The notes under the pieces are model-generated. The model was not told the origin of the DNA. It did no database searches and saw only the letters and a program-made list of their open reading frames with translations. A program made the translations under genes and the position numbers. A stretch of DNA of 63,806 nucleotides, the filler included, from Welwitschia mirabilis (taxonomy: Eukaryota), in NCBI GenBank assembly GCA_051453625.1. It is 8 parts of one record of this genome, joined end to end, with 100 filler letters (N's around TTAATTAATTAA, not from the genome) between each part and the next. Parts side by side here need not be neighbours in the genome. Positions count along the whole stretch, not along the records: positions 62,248 to 63,806 come from JBOZIK010000001.1; 7 more parts are not named here. The stretch is one strand, 5' to 3'. Below are positions 62,148 through 63,806 of this stretch, one piece after another. The stretch's first letter is position 1. Every line of letters begins with the position of its first letter.

Positions 62148-63806
62148 NNNNNNNNNNNNNNNNNNNNNNNNNNNNNNNNNNNNNNNNNNNNTTAATTAAT
62201 TAANNNNNNNNNNNNNNNNNNNNNNNNNNNNNNNNNNNNNNNNNNNNAGAAATAAAAAGGTTTTAACCCTTTCTTTATATATGTATAAATAATAATAATT
62301 ATTAAAAAAAAAAGTGTTCCAACTGTTTTAAAATATTAAAAAAATAAAATAAATATTATGAAGGGGAAAGAACATATTATTAAGGGTCTAGTGTAGACAC
62401 CTTCATCGTTTAGGTTAAAATAATAATAATAATAATAATAGTAAAAGAAAAAGACGCATGATGTTGTAGCGATCATTTTGGAAATAGTAAGGAGTCAGCC
62501 ATTATAGAAAGAGCCCACATGTAGTGAACATATGACATTATTTTTAGTAACATATTAGATCTTAACAGTTACTGAATAATGATGACGATGATAATAATAA
62601 TAATAAATAAATAAATAAAAACCCAACTAGATTTTAATAATAATAATTTACAACTAAGCCTCCTTTAATGTGTAACACCTTTATCATGTGGGTGGGAGAA
62701 TCAAACTACCCATCCAATTTTTATTCTTATTTGTCCTTACCCGTTACATCAGTGTTTAATAATGACAAATGAAGAGGCATTATGAAAAGGACACATGTCC
62801 GTGGGAGCATTATGTTCGAGGCCAAAATAAAATGGAGGAGAGATCCGCATGAATTACTATCATCTATTACCTGACATGACCTCGTTCCTATGATTTTAAT
62901 GGCTCCATTACCTTGTGAGTGAATAATAGTGGGCTTGAGGACCATCGCATCTTATTTTGAGAAGCAAAGTCAGGCATAACCTTTTTGGTTATACTTGCTT
63001 GACAAGGGCCCATAAGAGAGATGTTATAGGCATATTTTTACCATCAAGGAATTCCCACCAAAAAAATGACTACTGCCATAGCTATTGAAGGTTATCGAGT
63101 CAAAGACATTCACAAAATGATAATAGCTTTTACACATTCAAGTGCTAAATTTGGGTATGGTATGTACGAAGCAGACTGCGTGTAAATCAACTTAAGGTAA
63201 GGCGCCATGAAATCATCTTGCAAAATTCATATTAGTTATGCTTTCCTTTTCAATCCCCTTATCCAAGGTCAAAAGAGCATAGAAATAAGTTTGTTAACAT
63301 TTTTAGAGGGCATGCATTCTCAGGTCCTCATTTACGTTCTAATTTTTAGGGTTAAAATTCGGATGTCTCATATGTTCTAGCTTAGTTTACCGAATCTCGT
63401 AAATTATCTCTTCAACTCACAGATGAAGAAAGAGTGGATGACGCTGAAGGTTTTTTCTATGTATTTCTTTAAAGTAAAGGACAACAGACTTCTGCATGAT
63501 AATGAGGGTCGCTGGTTGTGCTTGTCATACAAAAGCTTTCCGAGGTTGCGAAGAGTCTTGTACAGATGAGAGAGTGCACTTCTACAGTCAGCTTATGAGG
63601 CTTCTATTGTAAAATGTGTTGTAAAATAAATCTGGTTAATGAATAGTACTTAACATATCTGCAAATATGTTGGTAATACATAGAATGAAAGCAAACATAT
63701 ACATCTATATGACAACATACAATAACCTAAAGTGAGTTCATTTTCAATTTCATATGGGCATAGTAACATTAAAATAGAGCTCTCTCAAATAGAAAATGAA
63801 GTAACT

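Overview
AT-rich land-plant nuclear DNA from a gapped draft assembly; a large-genome seed plant, possibly a gymnosperm, is my inference. One intact host gene is present: a three-exon NYN-domain (limkain-b1/MARF1-like) endoribonuclease, join(23271..23511,34815..35868,35961..36171), 501 aa. Its 11.3-kb first intron holds a nested stack of transposons: a Tork/Tnt1-type copia, a second copia inside its RT, a 309-bp TRIM inside that copia's LTR, and a hAT-like insertion. The rest is decayed transposable elements: Sirevirus-type copia remnants, several LINE families and LTR fragments. The main finding is a LINE (L1-like) family present as two diverged near-full-length copies (10947..17951 +, about 40755..46995 -). 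Downstream of EN-RT-zf-RVT, both carry a PMD/Transposase_32-like accessory domain, a low-complexity linker, a C-terminal DnaJ J-domain (HPDKN/HPNKN) and a conserved 3' stem-loop. I am not aware of this architecture having been described. All domain calls are from manual translation and motif recognition, not from database searches.
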